Source: Octopus vulgaris
Lineage: Eukaryota
Assembly (NCBI GenBank): GCA_951406725.2
Contig: OX597814.1
Span: 205,344,001 to 205,408,000 of the forward strand
Length of the DNA stretch: 64,000 nt
Direction: 5' to 3'
Below are positions 15,267 through 25,647 of the stretch, one piece after another (the first letter of the stretch is position 1; each line of letters starts with the position of its first letter). The position numbers were made by a program, and so were the translations under genes. The notes under the pieces were generated by a model. That model was not told where the DNA came from, did no database searches, and worked only from the letters and a program-made list of their open reading frames with translations.

Positions 15267-15268
<2 letters not shown>
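15052..15268 (+). mobile_element. tRNA-derived SINE (family B)
   Basis: Head GGCGAGCTGGCAGAA...GGGTTCAAATTCC and central GCCTTTCATCCTTTTGGGGTCGATAAA; related copies at about 7210-7370, 16685-16850, 19264-19420, 26062-26250, 49335-49515, 50400-50595, 51980-52185 and 57570-57710. Confidence 0.8.
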
Positions 15269-15309
<41 letters not shown>

Positions 15310-15705
15310 GGGAGACGAAGACAGGTGGTGTAGATAACAAACAGATGTATTAGTTTAAAGCTCGGGAAGTGAAGAAGTCTTTAATGTTTTGAGCCTATGC
15401 ACTTCCACAGAAAGGAACACAAAAAGAAACAGGGAGAGAAAATAAAGAATGTGTAGTGGCTAGTGATATATCATGGCGAATGCCGGACAGATATATATAC
15501 ATATATTTATGTATGCATACACACACTCACATGTATATGAATATATATATATATATATGTATCAAATGAAATAAAATAAAAAACAGGACACAAAGGATGT
15601 TATTTCATTTGATACATATATCCTCTCACCTATGCTACTAGCTGGCATATACAGGTGCTTACATTCATCAAGTATTCACCCTGAATTTATTGTACCTACC
15701 TGAAC

Positions 15706-15738
<33 letters not shown>

Positions 15739-16280
15739 CTCATGTATATACACACAGAATCTTTATCTTTCTTTCTCTTCGTCTGTCTCTCCCCATTCTT
15801 TTTAATCTTATCTTTAATCTCCTTTAAATTCAAAAATTCGAAATGGTATCATGTTGTCAGCACTCTCTAAAAATCTGTGAAAAAACAGGCTTTAGATCAC
15901 AACCACTGTTAAAAAAGATATACAGATCTTTGAGAGGTGCCACCATTTGTTTTCTGTTTCCTTCTCTTTCTTTCTTCTCCTCAAGCATCAATGATTGTGC
16001 TTTCCACACACACATGCACATTATAAAAAGCAAAATTTTATAATTTCATATACGTTTCTCATACATACACATTATCATCATCTCTTAACATCCTACTGTG
16101 TTGATGTTAGAGAGCAGCCTTGAAAAATGAATTGGCCAGCTGTGACCAGGACTCTACAGTCACAATATGGGGCCCTAACCAGTAGATGATCATAGCTACA
16201 TATGCACACACACACACACACACATACATAGTGAAATAAACTGCAAACATTTTACAGATGTTTTCTAGTTTCATTGTAAG

Positions 16281-16325
16281 CTCTACAGCTGTTTCTGGAG
16301 TTAAAATACAAACTGCATCATCACT
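16281..16325 (-). ncRNA. Truncated or decayed hammerhead-like motif (Penelope pLTR remnant)
   Basis: Minus strand reads GTGATGA-TGCAGTT..AACTCCA-GAAAC-AGCT-GTA-GAG; C3 and the 5' arm of stem I are lost. Confidence 0.45.
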
Positions 16326-16636
16326 ATAATTAAAATAGAAAAAATATATAATTAATAGGCACAGGTGTGAATGTGTGGTAAGAAGTTTGCTTCCCATCCA
16401 CATGGTTCTGGGTTCAGTCCCACTGCATGGCACCTTGGGCAAGTGTCTGCAATGACATATATATATATATAGTTATGTTGTTTGTCTTGTTTTCCATTTG
16501 TGTCTTTTGTTGTTCGAAAAAATAGTTCATGTTCCATGTACTCGTACTTTGTATCTTTTTATTGTACACGTTTTGTGATATCCTGTGGCCACATATGCAT
16601 TTATATATACGTATAGATGCAAGTATGTACATATAC

Positions 16637-16679
<43 letters not shown>

Positions 16680-16904
16680 TAATCCTTTCTACTATAGGCA
16701 TAAGGCCTGAAATTTGGGGAAGGGGACTAGTCGATTACATCGATCCCAATGTTTCACTGGTACTTAATTTATCGACTCCAGAAGGATGAAAGGCAATTTG
16801 AACACAGAACGTAGGGATGGGTGAAATATTGCTAAGCATTTTGTCAAGCGGAAGTGTACTTGCATAGCAAGTGACCTGATCTGAGATCGTGTGCTGGAAC
16901 GAAA

Positions 16905-17096
16905 ACAATTGCAGTGTGGAAGGTGTTTATAAGCTATTTAAGAAACACACAAAATCCATTAGATTCACAAAATCCCTTAGATTCACGCGGTCTAAAAGCG
17001 ACGAAAATATTTTGACAAATTTAAACGTTGAAGTGAATCTAACAGATTTTATGTGTTTCTTAAATGGCTTATAAACACCTTCCATGCTGCAACTGT
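16905..17096. mobile_element. MITE-like foldback with ~64 bp imperfect inverted arms
   Basis: TTGCAGTGTGGAAGGTGTTTATAAG...TTAGATTCAC pairs with GTGAATCTAA...CTTATAAACACCTTCCATGCTGCAA. Confidence 0.65.
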
Positions 17097-17737
17097 ATAT
17101 ATATATATATATATATATATATCTTCATCGAGACAAGACGGCTTATCCTGTCCCTCTCATAAGCTGTCTCCTTCATGTGTTCAAAATAATTTTTCCATCG
17201 TCTTGGCTTAACAGCCCTCAACGTTTGTTTTTACTGTGTTATTCTCTTTGTCCTGTCTAGTTTTGTTTTTACTGTCTTGTTCTTGTTACCACTTTTACCC
17301 CTCTGCAAAAAATCCCAAATTTGATTTAATTTGCTTTGCAGGAAGGACTGTTTCAATGAAGTCGCATCTTGTCCTTACCTTCGAAACGCGGAGTAGACAA
17401 AACAGGGACAACTGAAGACGGGGAATATTCTTTATTTGTATGTCTCATTTCTCTGTATTTTCATTGTTTGAAAAAAAGTTCGTTTCCATGTTTTTGTTTT
17501 TATATTTTCGTTTCTCATTGTGTTCAACGTTTTTTTGATGTCCTGTGCCCATATATGCATGTATATATACATATATATGTAGGTATGTACTTATATGTAT
17601 GTATATATTTATATATTATTTATATTATATATATATATATATAAATAGGTGCGTGTGTGTGTGTGCGCGTGTGTTCATATATAAATATGTAAGTATATGT
17701 TATACCTACAACTTGATTTTAAACAAAGCTTTGACTT

Positions 17738-17945
17738 GATTTCGTTTTTGGATTTGGTTTGCAAGATTCTTTATGTGAGTTCGTGTGTTGAAGCATATTC
17801 TGTTGTGTCTGGAGAGAGTTATTCTCTTTTAGTGTCTTATAATTTAACATACTCACCGGTAAAATTTCCACATTTATTTTTTATTTAAAAAAAATTTTTT
17901 CTAAAATTTTCGTTGCGTCTTGCAATCTTTTCACTAGTTTTGACT
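17738..17945 (-). mobile_element. Dispersed repeat (putative Penelope pLTR family); other copies at 20031-20370, 20563-20815 and 37468-37610
   Basis: Near-identical GGATTTGGTTTGCAAGATTCTTTATGTGAG...CACCGGTAAAATT block; most copies carry a hammerhead-like motif. Confidence 0.7.
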
Positions 17946-18266
17946 TGGATTACTCTCTAAAAACAGCATAGGTTTGGGTTTTCACTCCTGCTTGGGAGCT
18001 ACTCTCATATGCAATGATATAGCGATGATGGGCATAAGATGGGAGTTTTGGCTCTTATTTCTAGCTCATTTAGCGACCATGTAGATGCTCTTCCTGAGGG
18101 AGCTGAAGCGAAGTCAAAATATTTTTATTTAAATATTACAAAACCAGCCTGCTGATTATGGCTAATATAGTTAAATGGCAAACCAAGCATAGAAAAAATT
18201 GAAATGTTTGAAAGAAAATGTAATTGAATGGATATACATATATTTTGGAACATATTTTATTTGTAA

Positions 18267-18660
18267 CTAGCAGTATCGCCCGGCGTTGCTCGGATTTGTT
18301 TTGACCCTTTAGAATTGGAACTTTTGAGAAGTAAAAATCTTTCCATTATGTAGCTTGTTATTCTCTTTAAGTGAACATTTTTCTGGTTGAAATGCACCGA
18401 AAAATGGCGACACAGCAGTCAAAAAATCGTATAAAATAGGGATTTTCATAGAAAAAAAAGCACATTTTTGATGTAAATAATTTTTGGTGTTAACATGGTC
18501 CGATTTGAATTTTTTCTTCTACTGAGGGAAGAGCAAGCCTTCTTCTATCATACTTTCAATTTTGGTCAACTTGCGCCACAGGGTCTCGAAGGAAATAGTG
18601 TTAGTTGAAGGCTACCAAACCTGCCATACACAGACAACTTCAGATTTATATATAGAGAGA
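18267..18660 (-). mobile_element. Non-autonomous Helitron
   Basis: Minus strand starts with TC and ends with CTAG, has a GC-rich subterminal hairpin (CCGAGCAACGCCGGG), and sits between A and T with no TSD. Confidence 0.8.
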
Positions 18661-19010
18661 TTTACAAGATCATGGGTACTGGCCCAAGTGTGTTCTACTC
18701 ATGGTTATTAGTATTTAAAGTATAAGCCGTCATTATGAAAAACTCTATATATGTGGTTTCTAATTTATGAACAAGGACAACAATTTTAAGAAGACATTAG
18801 TGGATACCATCGGCCTCAGTACTCGACAGATACCTCATTTTATCGACTCTGACGGTGATGGAGGCGGTGTATGAAAATAAACGTCGACCATGGCAGGGTT
18901 TGAACTCTGAAAATAACGAAGACATTATCTAAAATATAAGTCTGCTACAGTAATTTGGTAAAATTTTAACGAATCTTAATGTAGTTGTTTGAAAACAATC
19001 TAGAAAAACA

Positions 19011-19195
19011 TCTTACCCTGAATTTTTATCCCATTCTTCCTCGAGTTTCATTGATGTCGTCTGCCGTTCATATTTTATTTAAAAAAAGTTTTGTTGAGCA
19101 GACGATAGTTTATTGTAAAGCGCATGCGTGAAATGATGAGCGATATATAAAAAAATAATTAAAACCACTTTTCACTGTCCAACCACCATCGCCAT
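19011..19195 (-). promoter_or_regulatory. Leftward promoter/first-exon module: NRF1-like GCGCATGCGT at 19120-19129, exon ending at 19017 in AGG|gtaaga
   Basis: CpG-retaining sequence, strong splice donor, inverted paralog of 19530-19712. Confidence 0.55.
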
Positions 19196-19529
19196 CTCCT
19201 TTAAGTGATATCCCTACTGACATCACCACCGCCTAAATAAATAGATAGATAGATAGATATTTTTTTCTTTACTACCCACAAGGGGCTAAACATAGAAGAG
19301 ACAAACAAGGACAGACAAAGGGATTAAGTCGATTACATCGACCCCAGTGCGAAACTGGTACTTTATTTATCGACCCCGAAAGGATGAAAGGCAAAATCGT
19401 TTCTGCCAGCTCGTTGCCTTCGATAGAATGTGTGAGAGAGAGAGAGAGAGGCTAAAATTAAAATGAAAATTATTTTTGAATGGCAAATAACTAGAATTGA
19501 GCTTTGTTATTAACTAAGTATGGTGGTGG

Positions 19530-19712
19530 TGGTGGTGGTTGGGCAGCAAAAAGTAGTTTTTTGTATTTTAATTACTTTATTGCCCACGCGCATGCGCTGT
19601 TACAATAAATGATCGTCTGCTCAATCAAAACTTGTATTTCTTTAAGAAAATGGACAGCGACAGACGACGTCAGAGAACAAGTGGAAGCAGGAGAAAAAGG
19701 TTTAGGGTAAGG
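19530..19712 (+). promoter_or_regulatory. Rightward promoter/first-exon module: NRF1 GCGCATGCGC at 19588-19597, ATG at 19650, exon ending at 19706 in AGG|gtaagg
   Basis: Perfect NRF1 palindrome; open 19-codon frame MDSDRRRQRTSGSRRKRFR up to the donor; partial tandem copy at about 19800-19865. Confidence 0.55.
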
Positions 19713-20184
19713 TATTTTTATGTGTTTGTTTTAATTACGTAAACTGTATTCTCTGAAGACCTTCTGCTGTTCAGCTCTTTTAAGAGTTTCTTGGCACCGG
19801 TCAACAGACGTCATCGTGGCACAAGTGGAGAAATGAGAAAGTTTAGGACATGGTGTTTTTATGTTTTATTTTTTTTAATAACCGTATTTGTCAAAATTCT
19901 ACAAATGTATTCAGACAGAATAATATTATAGGTGATGTTTTTGATTTCATTCCGTAGTTACGATTGTTCATTTCATAGCATAAAGGAAAATATTATTGAT
20001 AACAACTCACCAAGAAGACGACTTAAAAATATTTCGTTTTTGGATTTGGTTTGCAAGATTCTTTATGTGAGTTCGTGTGTTGAAACATATTCTGTTGTGT
20101 CTGGGGAAAGTCATTCTCTTTTGGTGCCTTATAATTTAACATACTCACCGGTAAAATTTTCACTTTTTTTCTAATTTTATTTTC

Positions 20185-20221
20185 CTAAAATTTTCGTTGC
20201 GTCTTGCAACATTTTCAATAG
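20185..20221 (-). ncRNA. Minimal hammerhead-like motif, U3-A8 core variant
   Basis: Minus strand CTA-TTGAAAA-T-GTTGC-AAGAC-GCAAC-GAA-AATT-T-TAG. Confidence 0.55.
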
Positions 20222-20231
20222 TTTTGACACT

Positions 20232-20268
20232 CTATTGAAAAGGTTGCAAGAGGCAACGAAAATTTTAG
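20232..20268 (+). ncRNA. Minimal hammerhead-like motif, U3-A8 core variant
   Basis: CTA-TTGAAAA-G-GTTGC-AAGAG-GCAAC-GAA-AATT-T-TAG: stem I CTA/TAG, stem II of 5 bp, palindromic stem III. Confidence 0.55.
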
Positions 20269-21220
20269 GAAAATAAAAATAAGAAAAAAGTGGAAATTTT
20301 ACCGGTGAGTGCGTTACATTATAAGGCACAAAAAGAAAATGACTTTCCCCAGACACAACACGACATAAGAATATAACATTCAGAAATGTTGTTTCTTGAG
20401 GTTGCTCCTTCCATGCAAGCTAAGGAACTTTTATATCATCTCAAAAATTAAATGTTTCAGAAAAATATACAATTCCATTCCACAATTTTCAAAATAACCG
20501 TGGAAATCCCACGGACACTGGTAGTGGTCAATTTATATGTTTTAGGAAACAATATGTAAACAGATTTCGTCTTTGGATTTGGTTTGCAAGATTCTTTATG
20601 TGAGTTCGTGTGTTGAAGCATATTCTGTTGTGTCTAGGGAGAGTCATTTTCTTTTGTTGCCTTATAATGTAACACACTCACTGGTAAAATTTCCACTTAT
20701 TTCTTATTCGGTTAAGGACAATAAAAATAAGAAAAAGTGGAAATTTTACCGGTGAGTGTGTTACATTATATGGCACGAAAAGAAAATGACTCTCCCCAGA
20801 CACAACAGAATATGTAACAGATTATTATAACTAATTATTAATAATGAGAAATATTCATTAGTAAATTGTATTTTATTGTATTATTTCTTATACAAATGAT
20901 AGCATCCGAAAAGAAAAGTTAGTCGCCCTCTTGTCGTCGATTTTTAACTTGCAGGTTTTTTATACGACTTGAAGAATAACCCCATCGATGTAGGGATCGA
21001 TGGGGTTATTCTTTAGAAGACCCTGTTGTTTAAATGCACCTTCATTCATTTAGTATTTATCATGTGTAATCTGTTACATGCAGCCAGGTCGAAATTTGAA
21101 CTTGTAAACCATTATTTCTCTCTGGTTTTAAACTTTTTTATTCATTGGAATACTTAAGTAGCGTTGAAAGAATCAATCAACATTTGAATATAGGGGTCAT
21201 TGTTACTTTCTTGTATCGTT

Positions 21221-21423
21221 TTATTTCAACTGGAATACAGGGTCCCTCAAAAACCTCTTAGATTCATCATTCTTGATAAACATTCCAACAACATAGGCAC
21301 AGTATGCAGCTGGTATAAACCATGATACTAAAAAAGAAATGGTAAAACATAGCCATATGTTGATACCATTACTGACTGCCCAACTTTATTGTTTAAAATA
21401 TGGGAGGGTATTTTTCTCGTGCT
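21221..21423 (-). pseudogene. Decayed terminal exon of an unidentified membrane protein
   Basis: tatttgcag acceptor; AREKYPPIF*T then a frameshift, then SWAVSNGINIWLCFTISFLVSWFIPAAYCAYVVGMFIKNDESKRFLRDPVFQLK*; AATAAA at 21137-21142; inverted paralog at 21811-22045. Confidence 0.55.
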
Positions 21424-21810
21424 CTGCAAATAAATAAATAGATTCTTCGACTAAAGGAATTTGTTTAAAATATTTTGCTAGCTGACATTAAGCTCAAGTT
21501 ATTGTAGCTTATCTCCAGGCCAGCACTAACAAAGGTGTTCCACCCGGGACCATCTTGTCTTGTTAGGAACATCAATGAAACACATTAACCAATGTGTTCT
21601 TCCCTTTTACAGGGCGGTTTGTGTGTGTTTTGAGGGAGATGTGGCAGTTATTTTAGCAACCAGTTAATTCATATAAAGAAGGAATCAATCCCAATTAGAG
21701 AAACACTAAACTCAAATAATCGCTTTATTATAAGCAACAACAATACCTCCAAATTACGATTAGCAACAAAACACTGTTTTAAACAGATTTCTTCATTCAG
21801 AGTTTAAAGT

Positions 21811-22045
21811 TATTTCAATGTGCGACTGGAAAACTTCCAGTATTTTACACAGCCATTTGGTTTGGTGCAAGTAAAGTTAGGTAGCTGGTTAAGGTGGTTT
21901 CATGTAGCTAATTTTACTGTTTTATTATTTTTTCCCAGACACTATCATGATTTATATTGCTACGCATTATATGTTTGATGCTGAAATATTTATCAAGAAT
22001 AATTAATCCAAGAGGTTTTTATCGCACCCTATATTTTATAAAAGA
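21811..22045 (+). pseudogene. Inverted, more decayed paralog of the 21221-21423 exon
   Basis: TTTATCAAGAATAATTAATCCAAGAGGTTTTT aligns with TTTATCAAGAATGATGAATCTAAGAGGTTTTT; peptide remnants KLPVFYTAIWFGA and FIKNN*SKRFLSHPIF. Confidence 0.5.
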
Positions 22046-22370
22046 GAAAATGGCTACTATATTCATGTTAAGTTTGTTGATTTTGTCAAAACATCAAACG
22101 TGGTTCAGTGGTAACAGCATTAGAAGCGACAGAGGAACACTGGTTTACAAGGCCAAATTCGATCCTAACTACATGTAACATACGTGATAAATATCGAATG
22201 AACAATGTAACGTCTGCATCAGGAAAAAGAAGGGTCTCTTAAAAAGTTGACATCGATCTCGTTTGTCTAATGGAGCTATCATTGAAGTCGTATAATACTT
22301 GGGTGGGAGATTAAACTCGGTGAGGAGGGAACGGTCGAACTTTTGTTTGAAAGTTATCATTGATAGAAGA

Positions 22371-22585
22371 TGTTATGCGTGTAGTTTGTTGTATTGGGAA
22401 AGACAACCAGTTGAAAACCATTGTTATGTTTATCGTGTTTATTGACGTTACTTATATGGACGACACATCACCGTGTAGTGATACATTGTTTACTTAACAC
22501 ACAATTTGTATTGTTCACTAACAAATAGTGCCAAGAGTATGGAGTAGTTTGGCATTCGCAAACACACAGATATGAATGTGTAACA
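22371..22585 (-). repeat. 3' LTR
   Basis: TGTTATGCG...GTGTAACA; preceded on the minus strand by the PPT AAGAAGAAGGGA (22586-22597). Confidence 0.95.
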
Positions 22586-22664
22586 TCCCTTCTTCTTGAA
22601 AAAAAAGGGGTCTCTTGGCAGTGAAGACAACTATGAGTAGTCTCCCTTGCTCTATGGATTGTCA

Positions 22665-23812
22665 TCATGTCTTTTCTTTTTCTTTAGCGGTATCGAACCG
22701 GTGGCAGAATGTTCTTTCTCCATCTGGTGGATCTTCTGCTTCGCACCGGTGTCTGAGGTGTGAGGTACACGTTTTCCTCGGTAGCTCTGGTGTTGGGCGG
22801 ATGTGGGCCCTGTTGCGTCTCAGCTGCCTACCAGATTCTGTTTCTATTATATTTGATCTTGGAGTTTCAGCTCTACTGACAACCTTTGCTGGGATCCATG
22901 TTTTAGTTATGGGATCTTGAGCATGCACATGTTGTCCTCCAAGCATCTCAGGTAAATATTGTGCATGTTTGTTGTAATACCTCTGTGATTTTTCTTGAGT
23001 GGCTGCTAGCTTTGCCCTTGTCTCTTTCTGGTCAATAGGAGGTTGGATCTTAGTTGGCAGGGTAGTTTTATACTTCCTGCCATTCAGCAATTCTGCTGGG
23101 GATTTCATATCAGCTCTCAGTGGAGTCGCTCGTAGGGACAGAAGTGCCAGGTGTGGGTCTTCCTTAGTCTCTCGGCATTTGACTAGTGTTCTCTTCACTG
23201 TCTGCACCTGTCTTTCTATAAACCCATGACCTTTGGGGCAGTGTGGAGATGAAGTTTTAATATTGAACCCATGTTCATCAGCTAGTTTTTTGAATTCTTG
23301 TGACGTGAACTGGGTTCCATTGTCACATATGATCTGCTCTGGTATTCCTTGCTCTGCTGGGAGTCCTCGGGCCACTGTAGTGATTGTTTTGGCTGTCAGG
23401 TCTTTCACTTTTCTCACAAATGGAAATTTGGAGTAGTAGCAGGCCATTATCAAATACCATTCTTGGCTCTCTGTGAACAGATCTACTCCAATAGTTTGCC
23501 ATGGCCTTCTTGGGATGTCACCAGATATCATTTCCTCCTTTTGTTGTGAGGTTTTGTACTTTTTTATGTCTTTCTTTTGTTGTGAGGTTTTGTACTTTTC
23601 TATGTCTTTGTACATGCTCTTATTGGTTGTCACATTTACAATGTGGTGGACCTTTCTGCTTAGTCCTTCCATCTTTTTGTTTGTGATTGGTGGTCGGTTT
23701 TTGATAGGCATATCACTTACAATCCTGCTTGGAGCTGCTTTCACTTCAGCATTGACCGACACAATATTTAACCTCCTGCAGGTATCGAGTCCAAGAATTG
23801 CTGGGCCTTCTG
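22665..23812 (-). pseudogene. pol: Deleted pol: protease end fused to the integrase core
   Basis: TEGPAILGLDTC (protease C-terminus, out of frame with the upstream part); integrase DDE core PWQTIGVDLF...DNGTQF...GFIERQVQTVK; RT, RNase H and the HHCC finger are missing. Confidence 0.85.
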
Positions 23813-24998
23813 TTCACATAAAATGTACACTCGATTGATTTCCCTTTGTGTGTCCCCTTTATTGTTGTTTTCCCCAGTTGTGGGATTCTGGTACCTCCGT
23901 ACGCAGTGAGGACCACATCACTTGGTGTGAGGATTCCTTTCCTGACCCTATCCTCTTCTGTCATATTTTCTGGGAACATCTTCTTGTATAAGCCGACAGG
24001 CAAGATATCACTCTGGGCCCCAGTGTCTATCTTCAGCCTTAAGTCTATGTTTGTTCTTTTCCTTCCGGCCTTCTTTTGAATTTTTATCGTCGTGTATGCC
24101 TCATCTTCTTTCCTTCGGTCGTCCTTTCCCTTCTCATGCACATTTATTATGCCGATTGCTAAGAATTCCTCCTCTGAGGTGCTTTGTTCCTGTTGTTGTG
24201 CATGTATATCCCTTCTATTTCTGCTCCTCTTTGAAACTTGGGGCTTGTATCTCTGGGATTTTGTTATCCTACACATTTTTTTCCAGTGGTTCAGTTTTCC
24301 ACATCCTTTGCAGTGTGTACCGAATGCAGGACATTTTTTCCGGTCATTAAATTCATGCTCTGTACCACAGTACCGGCATGTTCTTTGGTTTTGGGTTTGT
24401 GTCCTGTCCTTATATACAGTATCTACACTGCTATCTAGTGGGCTTGCTTGTAAGCTTAGTGAGGCCATTTGTTTGGTAGTGGCTTCAAATGCTCTTGCAG
24501 TGTCTACTGCTTCTACCAACTGGAGAGCGTCCTTACCTATGAGGATTTTTGCACTTGTTTGTGGGCACACCCCCATATTAATTGGTCTACAATTCTCTCC
24601 TCCCTGTCTTTGAATTTGCATTTCTCTGCAACATTTTTCAGTCTTGACAGGAAATTGTCTATTGTTTCTTGTGGGGCTTGTTTCAGGCCCTGGAATTCGT
24701 ATCTCTGAATTCTGTGGTTTGACCTGGGCTCTAAGTGCCTCTCAAATTTTTCAAGAAGTGTATCTGGGTCATTGCAGTCTGATTCTGACATATCCCAGCT
24801 ATTGTATAGGTCTATTCCTTTATTACCTGACCATAAAAGGATATAACTTACCTTTTCATCGTCAGTTGTGCCTTTCAGGAAACTTTTGAAAGCTAGTTGA
24901 GCTTTTTGTTTGAATTTTTTAAATTCTTCAACGACATCACTGGAATCCCAATTCATAATTGGATGCAGATTCATCTGTACGGCGACGGGGGTCGCCAT
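23812..24998 (-). pseudogene. gag: gag-protease with a frameshift near 24550
   Basis: Gag (ETIDNFLSRLKNVAEKCKF...IVDQLIWG), Cys/His knuckles CRYCGTEH..C and CKGCGKLNHWKKMC, aspartic protease motif KIDTGAQ. Confidence 0.85.
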
Positions 24999-25109
24999 CT
25001 TGTATTCTTTGTTTATGTTGTCCGAAGCGTAGCGATGTTTTGTTTGTTGATTTCCTCGTTCGTTGTGTTCCTGTTTTGTTTTGAGAGCACAATTCCGGAT
25101 TAATTGTTT

Positions 25110-25122
25110 ACCGCTGCCACCA
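25110..25122 (-). other. Primer binding site, tRNA-Leu
   Basis: TGGTGGCAGCGGT directly follows the 5' LTR and is complementary to the 3' end ACCGCUGCCACCA of metazoan tRNA-Leu(AAG/UAG). Confidence 0.85.
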
Positions 25123-25337
25123 TGTTATGCGTGTAGTTTGTTGTATTGGGAAGGACAACCAGTTGAAAACCATTGATATGTTTATCGTGTTTATTGACGT
25201 TACTTATATGGACGACACATCACCGTGTAGTGATACATTGTTTACTTAACACACAATTTGTATTGTTCACTAACAAATAGTGCCAAGAGTATGGAGTAGT
25301 TTGGCATTCGCAAACACACAGATATGAATGTGTAACA
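25123..25337 (-). repeat. 5' LTR
   Basis: Identical to 22371-22585 except for 2 substitutions seen by eye. Confidence 0.95.
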
Positions 25338-25409
25338 GAAGAAATAACACGATAAAATACAATTTGTCTATAAACATTTCTCAATATAATAAATAAAAAA
25401 AATAAATGC

Positions 25410-25647
25410 GCCCTTTTTAAAGCCTAGCCAGGCTCATGGGCCCGGTTTCTATGGTGTATGTGTTCCCCAGCTGGACAGGACGCCAGTCCATCGCAGCGTT
25501 ACTCATTTTTGCCATCTGAGTGGAATGGAGCAACGTGAAATGAAGTGTTTTGCTCAAGAATACAACGCATCACCCGGTCCAGGAATCGAAACCACAATCT
25601 TACGATCATGATGCTGACACCCTAACTACTAAGCCACGCGCCTCCAC
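25410..25647 (-). mobile_element. tRNA-derived SINE (family C, V-domain-like core); decayed copies at about 54676-54915 and 55478-55722
   Basis: Head GGCGCGTGGCTTAGT...GGTTTCGATTCC and core GCGATGGACTGGCGTCCTGTCCAG. Confidence 0.7.

Larger units (their letters stand above)
22371..25337 (-). mobile_element. Ty3/Gypsy (Mag-like) LTR retrotransposon, non-autonomous, 2967 bp
   Basis: 215 bp TG...CA LTRs, GAAGA 5 bp TSD (22366-22370 and 25338-25342), tRNA-Leu PBS, PPT, gag/protease/integrase remnants, no RT. Confidence 0.95.

Noticed and set aside
17345-17395. Additional hammerhead (TCAATGAAG...CTTCGAAACGCG), and another at about 57781 (CTGAAGAG...AAAACATTGTA)
   Set aside because: Core or stems are too degenerate to support, although they may be pLTR relics.
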